This document shows, piece by piece, positions 30,096 to 40,216 of a stretch of DNA of 64,000 bases (the first letter of the stretch is position 1; the number at the start of each line of letters is the position of its first letter). The translations under genes and the position numbers were made by a program. The notes beneath the pieces were generated by a model. The model did no database searches. It was not told the origin of the DNA and worked only from the letters and a program-made list of their open reading frames with translations. Source of the stretch: Ignavibacteriota bacterium (GTDB lineage Bacteria; Bacteroidota; Ignavibacteria; Palsa-1295); the NCBI GenBank assembly GCA_963787835.1, contig CAWBEI010000002.1, forward strand, positions 256,001-320,000. Reading direction: 5' to 3'.

Positions 30096-30938
30096 ATGAT
30101 GTCGATCGGATCGCTGAGCCTGAAACGGGCACGGACTGCCGGTGAGCGACCAAGCGGGACTCGTCCCGTAATGGCCGTTGGCGGTCGCGTGGCTCAGAGT
30201 GGATCTCCGGCAACCTCTGTATTTCCTGCAACGAATGGCTCGAACATTCCCAGCCTTCGGCCTGCTTCGGATGCGATAGCCCCTCCTATCGACACACAAA
30301 AGATCAACATGGTCCGTCCGCCCAAAGAGGTGACCGATAATGAACTATTGGAGCGATTTCAGCGCGGCGATGAGGATGGATATGTAGAACTTTATCTGCG
30401 GCGTCAAGCGGAAGTTTATACCTTCGCGCTTCGGCTCGCCGGCGGCGACCGCGATCTTGCGAGCGATCTTTTTCAGGATACCTTTATCAAGGTCTATCGA
30501 AAGGCACATACGTTCCGGCCCATCGTTTCGGAAGATGGGCAGTCAAGTACCAACGTGCTTGGCTGGTTGTACACCATTGTCCGCACGACCTATTTGAATC
30601 ACAAGCGGCGGCGCACGATGGTCGGCCTGGACGATACTGCGAACGAGATCCCCTCGACCGACCGAACCCTCGATCCGGAATTCCGCGAGGAGCAATCGAC
30701 TTTGCGCGAGTGTGTCGAAGGTGCGATCATGAACCTGTCGCCTGAGATACGCGAACCGTTCATACTTCGCGAGTTCGATGGGCTTTCCTATCAGGAAATA
30801 TCCGACGAATTGCATCTCACGCTCGGCGCTGTGCGCCAGCGTATCTACCGCGCAAAGCTTGCGATGCGCGAACAACTGTGGGACCTTGTTCACGATGATA
30901 CCGGCGGCGATATTCAGCATTCAGCACTCAGCACTTAG
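30096..30938 (+). CDS. ECF RNA polymerase sigma factor (start uncertain; alternative ATG at 30309)
   Basis: DLFQDTFIKVY (region 2), WLYTIVR, REPFILREFDGLSYQEIS...GAVRQRIYRAK (region 4). Confidence 0.92.
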   Translation: MMSIGSLSLKRARTAGERPSGTRPVMAVGGRVAQSGSPATSVFPATNGSNIPSLRPASDAIAPPIDTQKINMVRPPKEVTDNELLERFQRGDEDGYVELYLRRQAEVYTFALRLAGGDRDLASDLFQDTFIKVYRKAHTFRPIVSEDGQSSTNVLGWLYTIVRTTYLNHKRRRTMVGLDDTANEIPSTDRTLDPEFREEQSTLRECVEGAIMNLSPEIREPFILREFDGLSYQEISDELHLTLGAVRQRIYRAKLAMREQLWDLVHDDTGGDIQHSALST

Positions 30939-30940
30939 CA
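30913..30940. repeat. Heptamer tandem repeat YTCAGCA x4 spanning the sigma stop codon
   Basis: TTCAGCA TTCAGCA CTCAGCA CTTAGCA. Confidence 0.75.
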
Positions 30941-30947
30941 TGTTGCT

Positions 30948-32504
30948 ATGGCAAACTTTGAAGAAAAAATATTAGGGTACCTCGATGGCTCGCTCTCGGA
31001 AGCGGATCGTGAGGACGTGCTTGCCGGAATCTCCGGCGAACGCGCCAACACCCCCGAGCGCGCGCTCTTCGATGCGCACCTGCGTTTGCAGGAGCTGTAC
31101 TCGGTCGTCCGAACACCGGTGAGCGCGCCACTTTCCGTCCAGCGCGAACTCGCTTCCCAGGTGCCGCTGCTTGCAATAAAACTTCCCTATCTTGCGCCTG
31201 CCGAACGACGCGACCGTGCTGCGGCTGGATGGCTCAGTTATATTCGTTCGTCGTGGGTCAATGTGTTCCTGATCTTCTCAAGTGTATTGCTTTTAGGTGG
31301 GGTCTGGTATGCCGTCAATACAAATGCAAGTAATGGAACTCCTTCATCCGTTACAAATCCAATTACAATAGGATCGTTCGGTGGAGGATTGTCGGGAGCC
31401 GCTTCTAATAGCGCTCCGCAGAACATCTCCCCTGCAAATATTGCTACTTCCAGTAGCACAGCATCCGGCTCAAGTACGAGAGGAACTGTTGTGACACATC
31501 CCATCGGTTCGTCGATCGCAAGCACCGTCTCGAACAGCTCCCCATCATCACGATCTAAATTAGATAGAATGGATGGGTCGTATTCCAATTGGGTGTCATC
31601 CCGATCCACAAGTGCTCACCGGTCTGGAAGCGCCGATCGTCTATCGAACGCTCGCTATATGATGCGAACTCGCCAAAATGCTTCCGCGAACAAAACCCCT
31701 GCATCGACAGAGAGTATCCCGCAAACAGCAACTCCACCCTCGCAAGCAAATGCCCCAGCAGGAGTGAATGCACCCACTACACCTGAGGAACCACCGGCTC
31801 TGCCTCCGCTAACGCTTCATTCGATCGATGTGCAAGAAAAAGCGATAGGATTCGACCCTCAACATGCCATGCCGATCGGCTCAGAATTGCAAGATAATTC
31901 CTCAAGCTTTGAGCCACTGCATGTGTATGCTTCGGGCGGCTCGCGGTATTTGATCCCTTTATCGAAAATTACTTCGCATGTGATCGAAGCGAAACAAGGA
32001 GTTACTGGCAATACTATGGTTCCTTCCTCTGAAGTAGGTGCTGAATATGAATTTACTCCATGGACTTCCGCAGGTGTACACATCGGATGGACGAATTTTG
32101 CACAATATCAGTCGATCGCATATACAGGTTCCGCTTCAGCCTTACCGAAGGAAGTCCTGGATGTTGATGTGGTAGCAGTTCCGGCGGTTTGGTCTGCACT
32201 GGCGGTGACACAAACATTTAACCCGCAGGACAGGGCACGATATTCTCTTTCACTTGCCGGAGGCCCTGCATTCACGCAGCCGATGGGATGGCTTGGCATG
32301 ATCGAAGCAAATCTAACCTACGATCTTAGCTCAACGCTAATGTTTCGTGGAGGTGTATCCTACGATATTGCACAACTGAAGCAATCCACTCAAAGCCCGA
32401 ATGTTTCTTCCAATTCCACCACCGGAATTATTGTGGCATCGAATGGCGGCACGCTTCTCTCGAATGCATTTGGCGTCACACTCGGCATTACTTTTCGCCC
32501 CTAA
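30948..32504 (+). CDS. Putative anti-sigma factor: N-terminal ASD-like domain, TM helix, disordered linker, C-terminal outer-membrane beta-barrel-like domain
   Basis: 9 nt after sigma; ILGYLDGSLS..R motif; hydrophobic VFLIFSSVLLLGGVWYAV; Ser/Thr/Pro-rich linker; amphipathic strands ending FGVTLGITFRP. Confidence 0.7.
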   Translation: MANFEEKILGYLDGSLSEADREDVLAGISGERANTPERALFDAHLRLQELYSVVRTPVSAPLSVQRELASQVPLLAIKLPYLAPAERRDRAAAGWLSYIRSSWVNVFLIFSSVLLLGGVWYAVNTNASNGTPSSVTNPITIGSFGGGLSGAASNSAPQNISPANIATSSSTASGSSTRGTVVTHPIGSSIASTVSNSSPSSRSKLDRMDGSYSNWVSSRSTSAHRSGSADRLSNARYMMRTRQNASANKTPASTESIPQTATPPSQANAPAGVNAPTTPEEPPALPPLTLHSIDVQEKAIGFDPQHAMPIGSELQDNSSSFEPLHVYASGGSRYLIPLSKITSHVIEAKQGVTGNTMVPSSEVGAEYEFTPWTSAGVHIGWTNFAQYQSIAYTGSASALPKEVLDVDVVAVPAVWSALAVTQTFNPQDRARYSLSLAGGPAFTQPMGWLGMIEANLTYDLSSTLMFRGGVSYDIAQLKQSTQSPNVSSNSTTGIIVASNGGTLLSNAFGVTLGITFRP

Positions 32505-32507
32505 TTT

Positions 32508-34091
32508 ATGCGTGGACTGATCATCATCGGCTGCACAGCCCTCGCGGCTGTGTTCGCGAGTTGTGCACAGCAGGTCTCGCCCATTATTTCGCAGCAGCCG
32601 GTTGGGAACATTACAAGCTACTTTTGGTGGAACAGTGAAGCGCCCATGCCATTCGAGGATACGTCCACCCATCTTCCTCTCACGCTTAGCTTCGCAAACA
32701 ATGCTCAGGGAATGCTTGCTGTCAGTGTGTTTCCCCCGCTGTTCTCTCCGATCGATTGTATCGTGAACGAAGACAGCGTCTATGCTACCGGGTTCTCTCA
32801 TGGCTCAACCATCGATCTCGCTCCCGGTTCCTACTTCAGCTCAGATGATACGGAAGTACTCGTTTCCCAGCCGCCTAATGCAGTCGTAACGACAGATGGT
32901 AGTCATCAGGTGATCGTTGCTACCGATTCAGGAGTTTATTTCTCTTCTGGAGGTGCAGCGTTCCAATTGGGAGGTCTCTATGGAGAAAACATCACTGCCC
33001 TTACCTTGAACTCGAAGTCATCACTGAACGTTTTTGCGGGAACTTCTACCGGAAAAATTTATCGCACAACTGCACCGCTCAGTACAAGTTCAACGTGGGC
33101 TCTTTATCCCTATTCACTACCGGTCAATGGAGCTATCGGGCAATTGTTATATCTTTCCGGCGATAGCATCGCCACAATAGTCTCCGGACAACCTGGAATT
33201 TATATTTCAACGCTCGGCCCCTGGACCCAACCTACCTATTTATCGGGCAGCAAAGTAAGGGCTCTCGGGAAATTCTCAGTATCAGTTACCAGTTACCTTC
33301 TTGCTGCAACAACCGATGGATACATCGGTGCACATTCTCTGAATAGCTTTGGAACCGATGTTACACCCATGAATATGACCGCTGCGGGAAATATCTATTG
33401 CTTTAGCGCGTCTCCATATCAAACTGTTGCCGGAACCGATGGCGGTGTGTATCAATGGTCGGGGCCTTCTTCGAATACGTGGACTCCTGTGCAGAAACTC
33501 GCCAACTATAAACCGGTAACCTCGCTCGCTCTTGATGCCGATACTCTTATCTTCGTTTCAAAAGGAATTATCGATACAGCCGAACTTGGCACGAATGGAA
33601 CATCAGGGGGACCGAGGCTGCCGATCGACAAGGACTCCGCTGTACAAGTTGGATGGACTTCATCCCTTCCCTGGGCGATCACAACAAAAGGCTATGAGGC
33701 ATCCACTACTCCTGGGAGTTCCCTCGCGCTCATTCCCGGGTTACCCATTGGATTTTGCCCTGACGATACCGGCGGACTTCTTTTGCTTCGCAGCAACCTT
33801 TTTGCGAATGATTCTTCCTGGCGCGCCGGTACGCTCGTAACGGTCACCGATTCCTCCTACCCGATCACGGCACATGTGTTAGCGCATCTCGATAGCCTTC
33901 ATATCTCCGGAATTGCAAAGTCCTTTCCAGATGTTATAATGGTGCGCTACTCCTACGAGGTACCGGGCGAAAAACCGGCAAGTTTTCTTCCGTATTGGAT
34001 CGTTTATTATGCGAAGAACGAGGGTCCGGTCATGTTCGACAATTTCCTTGCAACGGGCAGCCTCTATGAACGGTGGAGTATCCAGCCGTAA
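32508..34091 (+). CDS. Lipoprotein, probable beta-propeller
   Basis: Lipobox VFAS-C; repeated VATDSGVYFS / FAGTSTGKIYR / AGTDGGVYQW blades. Confidence 0.7.
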   Translation: MRGLIIIGCTALAAVFASCAQQVSPIISQQPVGNITSYFWWNSEAPMPFEDTSTHLPLTLSFANNAQGMLAVSVFPPLFSPIDCIVNEDSVYATGFSHGSTIDLAPGSYFSSDDTEVLVSQPPNAVVTTDGSHQVIVATDSGVYFSSGGAAFQLGGLYGENITALTLNSKSSLNVFAGTSTGKIYRTTAPLSTSSTWALYPYSLPVNGAIGQLLYLSGDSIATIVSGQPGIYISTLGPWTQPTYLSGSKVRALGKFSVSVTSYLLAATTDGYIGAHSLNSFGTDVTPMNMTAAGNIYCFSASPYQTVAGTDGGVYQWSGPSSNTWTPVQKLANYKPVTSLALDADTLIFVSKGIIDTAELGTNGTSGGPRLPIDKDSAVQVGWTSSLPWAITTKGYEASTTPGSSLALIPGLPIGFCPDDTGGLLLLRSNLFANDSSWRAGTLVTVTDSSYPITAHVLAHLDSLHISGIAKSFPDVIMVRYSYEVPGEKPASFLPYWIVYYAKNEGPVMFDNFLATGSLYERWSIQP

Positions 34092-34143
34092 GGTCAAATC
34101 TGATTTTGTGTGCAAGCTGATTTTTTTTCGTATATTTACATAT

Positions 34144-36759
34144 ATGCGTTCCGTCTCTCTGAGGTCGTTGGTCATATTTCTTCTGTTTTTTTTCGTTGCG
34201 GACACTTCCTGCATCGTTGGTGATGCGTGTGCGCAATGGAATAACGTTACACCAAACTTATTAAAAGGAGCCGACACCGTTAGCGCCATGCAATTCCGAG
34301 ATGGGATCGTCTGGGTCGGCAGTTCGAGCCTTTATTCGTCTCCAGATTCTGGAAAAACGTGGTTGCCATGCGTAGCTTTCCCTACGTCTCACATTTCGGA
34401 TATTTCCTTCTACGATAGGCTCCGTGGGCTTGTTGCTACGCTGGATATGGGTTTTTTTATCACGACTGACGGTGGGCTCCATTGGTCGCAGGAATTCCAA
34501 AAGATCAACAGTAGCTTTGTAAAGGTGGGCTATGGCGGATCGGCAACCATCCTGCTCGCGCTCACGATCGATGGGCAATTCTATGAAAGCTCAGATGGTG
34601 GATCGAATTGGAATCCTTCAATCACGGCAGCAAATGGTGTCGTCAACTCCTTTGCCGTTGCATCTGATGGCACCATATACTCCAACAACTCGCAAAGTGT
34701 TTGGGGATCTGTTTCAGTCTCCAGCGATACGGGCCAAACATGGAATCCAAAAGGTGGAACCTATAATAACGATTGCTGGTCCATTTCTGCAGATTCCTGC
34801 GATCCAAACCGGCTCTATCTTGCAAATGAGGAATGGCAGGAAACCGGTAGCAACTCGAATTTTTATCTGAGTACCGATGGCGGGCAAAGCTGGCAAAGCA
34901 CCGATTCCCATCCGGCGCCGTATCTTTCGGGTGCGATGAGCACCACGACCGATGGAATCTTTCTCGGCACTCGCGATGGCAGTGGAATTCACCGATCGAT
35001 GGATCGAGGATTGACATGGAAAAATATCGGCGGACCGAATATCAGCCCCGATACACGAGATCTTGCTACGATAACCGATAATATCCTACTTGCGGCAGAT
35101 TCCGCCGGGAACATTTGGCTCACCACGAATGGCGGTGGCGATTCCGTTCAAAGCCAGCCTGCCGGTACGCTTACGCTTTCACCCAACCAACTTTTCAGCA
35201 CCGATACACTTGCCTGCGTACCCATTCAGCGAGCCATCTCGATCGTGCGCGTTGGCTGCCCGGCGCCACGCTTTGATACTGCCGTTATCGTTGGAGTAGA
35301 TTCAGCCAATTATACAATAGATTATTCGGTCGGTGCTGATTCTATCTATGTTACGTTCCTGCCACAAAAGCCCGGTGCAAATAATGCCGTGCTACGTGCC
35401 CAACTTAACGATGGCACCATCAAAACCGTACAACTTTTTGGCTTTGTCGATACGAGTGTTGGAACGCTTTCAATGACGCCGAATTCTCTCTTTACTTCGG
35501 ACACGCTTCGCTGCGATTCCTTGATCGGTTCGGTGCATCTATCACTGAACGGCTGTCGGCCACCGCAACTTTCTCATATTGGTATCGCGGGGCCGGACAT
35601 GGGCAGCTATCGAATTGTCGATAGCACCAGCGACTCCATCTCTGTGCTCTGGACGTCCCAAAAGCCGGGAGCGCAGCAAGCCTGGCTTGTCGGAACCTTA
35701 AATAACGGCCAGCGGGACAGCGTTAGCCTCAATGGGTTTAGCGCAACAATTCCACTTACCTACTCGATCACGCCATCCAGCCTTTTTAACTCGGACAGCA
35801 TTTATTTCGCTTGCCAGTCTGCCACGCCCTCGAAAATAATGTTGTATGACACCGCATGCATCTGGCCCGATGTGACATCTGAACAGATCGTTGGTGCCGA
35901 TTCCGAAGATTACATTATTTCTAATCCGATCGCTTCGCCGGTCGCAGGATTCGATTCGGTCACTATTTTATTTCAACCAACGGCTCCCGGGCTTCGATCG
36001 GCCACATATCAGCTTACACTTAACGATGGCACCGTCATCAACGTACCCCTTTCGGGAGTCGGACTTGCCGAACACGCCCTCACAGTCTCGGCAGGATCCG
36101 CAACCATATACGCAGATACCATTGGAGATAGTGTTGCAGTTCCGATCACGATCAATGGCCTTGCACACTCGGAAACGGTAGAGATGGTGCTTCATTATCC
36201 GCTTCCCGATCTTGTCTATCGTGGTTCATTCGATGCATCGGGAACGAACGTCGATGTGGCAGGCCAACAATGGCCGGGACGCTCTTTACTCCGAATTCCG
36301 AACGCACAACCCGGCGTAGTCGCCGCGTATGCGCGATTCACTGTATTCAGCGATACGAATTATGAGCCACTTATTTCGTTCGACTCCATGACAGTGCCGA
36401 CAGCAGCGGTAGCATGTGAGTACTCTCTCCCACCTGCAGTCACAACAACTATCATTCCATTGGAAGGCTGTGGGGTCCCAACTCTATCTCGTCTTATCCA
36501 TTTCGGAGAGCTCCCGGAGTTTAGCATTCAGCCCAACCCAACGTCCAGTGGCATGATAGAATTGTCTTCATCGCTGGACTTAGGCGATGTCTCGATCGAA
36601 GTGTATGACATGCTCGGCTCCAAACGAGAAGGTATTGCTGCAACCTTACTGAAGAATGCTCCAACTACTCTTTCCCTCCCATTTGAAAGTGGAATCTATC
36701 TATTGCATATCACAACAGCAGATAACGTATCGAATCTTCGGGTTCTGATCCAGAAATAG
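34144..36759 (+). CDS. T9SS-secreted protein: Asp-box beta-propeller, Ig-like repeats, type A CTD (~871 aa)
   Basis: Probable ATG at 34144; multiple SxDGGxxW Asp-boxes; C-terminal IQPNPT...VYDMLG...SGIYLL...VLIQK. Confidence 0.85.
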   Translation: MRSVSLRSLVIFLLFFFVADTSCIVGDACAQWNNVTPNLLKGADTVSAMQFRDGIVWVGSSSLYSSPDSGKTWLPCVAFPTSHISDISFYDRLRGLVATLDMGFFITTDGGLHWSQEFQKINSSFVKVGYGGSATILLALTIDGQFYESSDGGSNWNPSITAANGVVNSFAVASDGTIYSNNSQSVWGSVSVSSDTGQTWNPKGGTYNNDCWSISADSCDPNRLYLANEEWQETGSNSNFYLSTDGGQSWQSTDSHPAPYLSGAMSTTTDGIFLGTRDGSGIHRSMDRGLTWKNIGGPNISPDTRDLATITDNILLAADSAGNIWLTTNGGGDSVQSQPAGTLTLSPNQLFSTDTLACVPIQRAISIVRVGCPAPRFDTAVIVGVDSANYTIDYSVGADSIYVTFLPQKPGANNAVLRAQLNDGTIKTVQLFGFVDTSVGTLSMTPNSLFTSDTLRCDSLIGSVHLSLNGCRPPQLSHIGIAGPDMGSYRIVDSTSDSISVLWTSQKPGAQQAWLVGTLNNGQRDSVSLNGFSATIPLTYSITPSSLFNSDSIYFACQSATPSKIMLYDTACIWPDVTSEQIVGADSEDYIISNPIASPVAGFDSVTILFQPTAPGLRSATYQLTLNDGTVINVPLSGVGLAEHALTVSAGSATIYADTIGDSVAVPITINGLAHSETVEMVLHYPLPDLVYRGSFDASGTNVDVAGQQWPGRSLLRIPNAQPGVVAAYARFTVFSDTNYEPLISFDSMTVPTAAVACEYSLPPAVTTTIIPLEGCGVPTLSRLIHFGELPEFSIQPNPTSSGMIELSSSLDLGDVSIEVYDMLGSKREGIAATLLKNAPTTLSLPFESGIYLLHITTADNVSNLRVLIQK

Positions 36760-36771
36760 GATGCTCGGGTC

Positions 36772-37767
36772 TCACACCAAGCTCATAATCTTCCCCAGCA
36801 CGTCGCTGACACTAATTCCCTCCATACATTCGTGGGTATAAACGGGACACTCCTTGCTTCCGTGTGGCGTGCATGGCCGGCACCATAATCTGGGCAACTC
36901 GATCACTTCAGCAATTGGCGCAGGAGGCACAAAACCAAATGCGGGACTTGTTGGACCAAAGATAGCGAGAACTCTTGTGCCTATTGCTACTGCGGCATGA
37001 ACAGGCGCACTATCGTTTGCTACCAGCAACGTTGCAGCTTGAATGGCGGCCATCGACACAAGAAAGCTCGCTCGACCGGCGAGATCGAGCACCGTATTTT
37101 CAGCATTCGCATCTCGGATATTCATGGCCAGCGCGCGTTCCTCCTCGCCGCCAATGACGATCACACCTATTCCACGATCTGTCAATGCCTTTGCAAGCTC
37201 AAAGAATTTTTTATTGCCCCATTTTTTCGTTTCCCATGCACTGCCGGGAGCAAGTGCAACGATTTTCTTCCATCGAGAAAGGAATGGCACTAATAGTGGC
37301 GCTGCCGGTGGAGCAATGCGTGGGAGGGATTGAATATCTGCGCCTGGAACGATAGCCCGAAGCAGAAGAATAGATCGTTCATAACGATCGGACCAGCCTT
37401 CATCAGACACGGAGTGTGTCAACCCGGCATGCGCCATCGCTTGGAATCCGATCTTTACGTTGCACCCAATACGAGCAGCTACCGCTTGCGACCGGCGAGA
37501 AGCATGTAAAAGAAAAAGCGTATCGAACCCATATTGATTGAGTTCGTCAGCTTTCGCATTAATGCCGGCGATGCCGCGCTCGGAACCATATTTGTCGAAA
37601 GTGATAACCTGATCGACATCCGGCGAACTTGCGACCACGTCCTCAATTCCTGGTCGGACCAAATAGGTGACACGCGCAGAAGATTCTTGCCGCTTTACCT
37701 CACGAGCAAGCCCCAGCGATATGATCGCGTCACCGAGGAAAGCGGTTTCTATGATAAGCGCATTCAT
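36772..37767 (-). CDS. Glycosyltransferase family 9 (LPS heptosyltransferase WaaF-like)
   Basis: AFLGDAI, APGSAWETKKW, NDSAPVHAA, IFGPT, CRPC...C...HECM. Confidence 0.9.
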   Translation of the reverse strand: MNALIIETAFLGDAIISLGLAREVKRQESSARVTYLVRPGIEDVVASSPDVDQVITFDKYGSERGIAGINAKADELNQYGFDTLFLLHASRRSQAVAARIGCNVKIGFQAMAHAGLTHSVSDEGWSDRYERSILLLRAIVPGADIQSLPRIAPPAAPLLVPFLSRWKKIVALAPGSAWETKKWGNKKFFELAKALTDRGIGVIVIGGEEERALAMNIRDANAENTVLDLAGRASFLVSMAAIQAATLLVANDSAPVHAAVAIGTRVLAIFGPTSPAFGFVPPAPIAEVIELPRLWCRPCTPHGSKECPVYTHECMEGISVSDVLGKIMSLV

Positions 37768-38618
37768 GGATTGCCAGTATCTGATGTTTCCTCATTTACA
37801 TGCTTCCATCGCTTGTGCTGCCACAGCCAAAGTTCCGGGCATTCTCGTATGGCTTTTTCCAGAACGGTAGTATGTCTGGCGGTAAGTTCGCGGACGTTCT
37901 CCGGGCTTGCATCGACAAGGTCATCATATGAGACATGATGAAACCGGCAGCGGTATCCATGCCGCGTGCGTTCATACGGTTGAAGAAGAAAAATTGGAGC
38001 ACGCGTTGCAAGCGCAAGCCGAGCGGTGCCTTCGAACGTAGGCACATTCACTCCAAAAAAAGGAACGCGGACATCGTCGGCAGACGCAGCCTGATCGCCG
38101 AGCACCGCGATCACCTCATTGGTACGAAGCGCCCGAAAGATCGCGCGTACATTACCAGCATCGAGCATCCTGTTCCCAAAACGAGACCGCATGCGAACAA
38201 GGAATCGCTCGGCGATCCGAGACCGTTGATTTTTGATAATAACATCGAGCGGCATTTCGAGGCGTAATCCACATCCAAGAGCCAGCCACTCCCAATTCCC
38301 TATGTGTCCTGATAATAAGATAGCTCCGGAAGTAATGGTGGAACCGCTCTGGCCGGGAATTAAAGGTCTGAATTCCTCAAAGTTGGTTATTTCCAAACCT
38401 CGCTCGATCGTGGCTTTGCTAGCAAAACGTAGAAATAGGAATTCGAAAAAAACTTTTCCAAGCGAGGAATAGCACCGCGCAGCGATCAGCCTGCGTTTCG
38501 AGAGCGTCCAATCCGGATAGGCTCTCGAAAGATTATTGAGCGTGACCTGGGATCGAATTCCACACCAAAACGCGATTCGACCGAGCACGCCTCCTACGCA
38601 CCTGAGCAACCACAACAT
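37764..38618 (-). CDS. Lipid A late acyltransferase (LpxL/HtrB family)
   Basis: GHIGNWE, GDQ, VPFFG, WLWQHKRWK. Confidence 0.9.
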   Translation of the reverse strand: MLWLLRCVGGVLGRIAFWCGIRSQVTLNNLSRAYPDWTLSKRRLIAARCYSSLGKVFFEFLFLRFASKATIERGLEITNFEEFRPLIPGQSGSTITSGAILLSGHIGNWEWLALGCGLRLEMPLDVIIKNQRSRIAERFLVRMRSRFGNRMLDAGNVRAIFRALRTNEVIAVLGDQAASADDVRVPFFGVNVPTFEGTARLALATRAPIFLLQPYERTRHGYRCRFHHVSYDDLVDASPENVRELTARHTTVLEKAIRECPELWLWQHKRWKHVNEETSDTGNP

Positions 38619-40072
38619 TAGTGCATGAGGCGTTCAGCCTCATTCGCCAGCCAATTAGCGTCATACGTTTCGCCAATCACGTTTGCGCTGACTAAAGAAT
38701 AGCTCCCGCCGCCCTGCCGATCGACAAAATCGAACTCCGCGAAAGATCCGGTCGAGAGACGAATATTGGGGTCAGGGTCGTATTGCCAAATAATGTACGG
38801 CTTATAGCCAGGATCAAAGCTGACGGTTTGGACTGCCTTCGGTGGGCCATAGGTGATATAGACTCGGCCCTGACTTGTTTTCCATCCCGGCGTCCGCTGA
38901 TATGAGTACTTCTTATTCGCGTCATCGACGCGCTTTCTAAAAAGATGGTATTGATCCAGCGGTTGTGACGATTGCATGGCCAGATCCTCATGACGCCAGA
39001 ATGTGAACAGAAATGCTTGCTTTTGGCTTGCAGTCGTTAACTTTTTTGCTGCCTTCTGATCCGTTTCTGTTCCCCAGTACATGGACTGAGCAAGCACTTC
39101 ATCGAGTTCCGCGTCGGACATCTTGACGAAGTCGGAACCCGCAAACAGCACGGAGTCGCTGCCCGCAGACGAGGTATTTTGCTCTGGCGGCTCTTCCGAA
39201 AGATGGATCCCCGAGGAATAGAAAAATGCTTTTTCCGCTTCTGCCTGAACGGCATCCTCGACCTTTGCACGAACACGTAATTTATAGGAGTCGCTGGCAA
39301 GTCCATCGATATCAAGTCCGAGAATGATTGGAACGATCGTGCCGCCGAGCTGAACCTTTTCATCACTCGTGAGAATGGTTTTGCCGGACGCATCGACAAC
39401 ATCCGTGATAACATCGGCAGTTTGTCCGACCGATGTCTGCGGCACATAGATCTCTGAATAATAATAGAGCTTGGTATAATTCTCTCCAAAAACGGCGGAG
39501 GGGTTCGGGGTCACATTAAATCCGGCCTTTTCAAAAGGGCCGGGAGTTCCAACAGACTTCTCGACGGCAGACGCAAGCTCGATCCCGCCAAAGGAATATT
39601 TTGTGGTATCGCGGTCGGGAAGTATAATGGGGATCACAATAGTATCGAAGCCCGCTTTAGAACTTTCACCGCGCTGCCAAATAAAGGCTGCTGCAGTGGA
39701 ACGAGCATACGGCACGATGAACCCCATGGCACCAAGCAGTTTATTCGCGCCGGCAGAATCAAGCTGCGTGCGCGTGCAGGGACAGCGAACCGTGTCGCGA
39801 ATTTCTTTTCGTTGGGCAACACCACCATTCTGCCAAATTTCAATTTTGGAAAAGGTGATGGCTGTATAGACACCGGCGTTTAGTTTAAACAAGAGGGCAC
39901 GCTCGATCACACCGTATTCCAACTCAACTTCGGCCCTGGAACTATCGTAGCGAAGCGCCATCGCATCGGCTTCGAGCGGGCTTTGCGAGCGTGAGATGCG
40001 AGGCATCGCTAGAACGCCGATCGCTATGGCCATCGCAATGGCAAGATTGGAAAAAAATACTTTAGTGTTCAT
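38618..40072 (-). CDS. GWxTD-domain secreted protein
   Basis: Signal peptide; FW...RVDDANKKY...GWKTSQGRVYITYGPP...IWQY. Confidence 0.85.
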   Translation of the reverse strand: MNTKVFFSNLAIAMAIAIGVLAMPRISRSQSPLEADAMALRYDSSRAEVELEYGVIERALLFKLNAGVYTAITFSKIEIWQNGGVAQRKEIRDTVRCPCTRTQLDSAGANKLLGAMGFIVPYARSTAAAFIWQRGESSKAGFDTIVIPIILPDRDTTKYSFGGIELASAVEKSVGTPGPFEKAGFNVTPNPSAVFGENYTKLYYYSEIYVPQTSVGQTADVITDVVDASGKTILTSDEKVQLGGTIVPIILGLDIDGLASDSYKLRVRAKVEDAVQAEAEKAFFYSSGIHLSEEPPEQNTSSAGSDSVLFAGSDFVKMSDAELDEVLAQSMYWGTETDQKAAKKLTTASQKQAFLFTFWRHEDLAMQSSQPLDQYHLFRKRVDDANKKYSYQRTPGWKTSQGRVYITYGPPKAVQTVSFDPGYKPYIIWQYDPDPNIRLSTGSFAEFDFVDRQGGGSYSLVSANVIGETYDANWLANEAERLMH

Positions 40073-40148
40073 GATCCAAATTCTAAGTTCATCCTTGCTC
40101 TGATTTCAAGCTCTATTCATACCTTGCCACGAACGTCCGAAAACAGCA

Positions 40149-40175
40149 CGGGCGTCCCTTGTTCCGGGACGCCCG
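40149..40175 (-). terminator. Probable intrinsic terminator after the PorV-family gene
   Basis: 10-bp stem CGGGCGTCCC / GGGACGCCCG, then TGCTGTTTT on the minus strand. Confidence 0.65.
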
Positions 40176-40216
40176 CTTTACCTTAAAAAGATCGACTCCT
40201 GGAAAGCCCCGACAGT

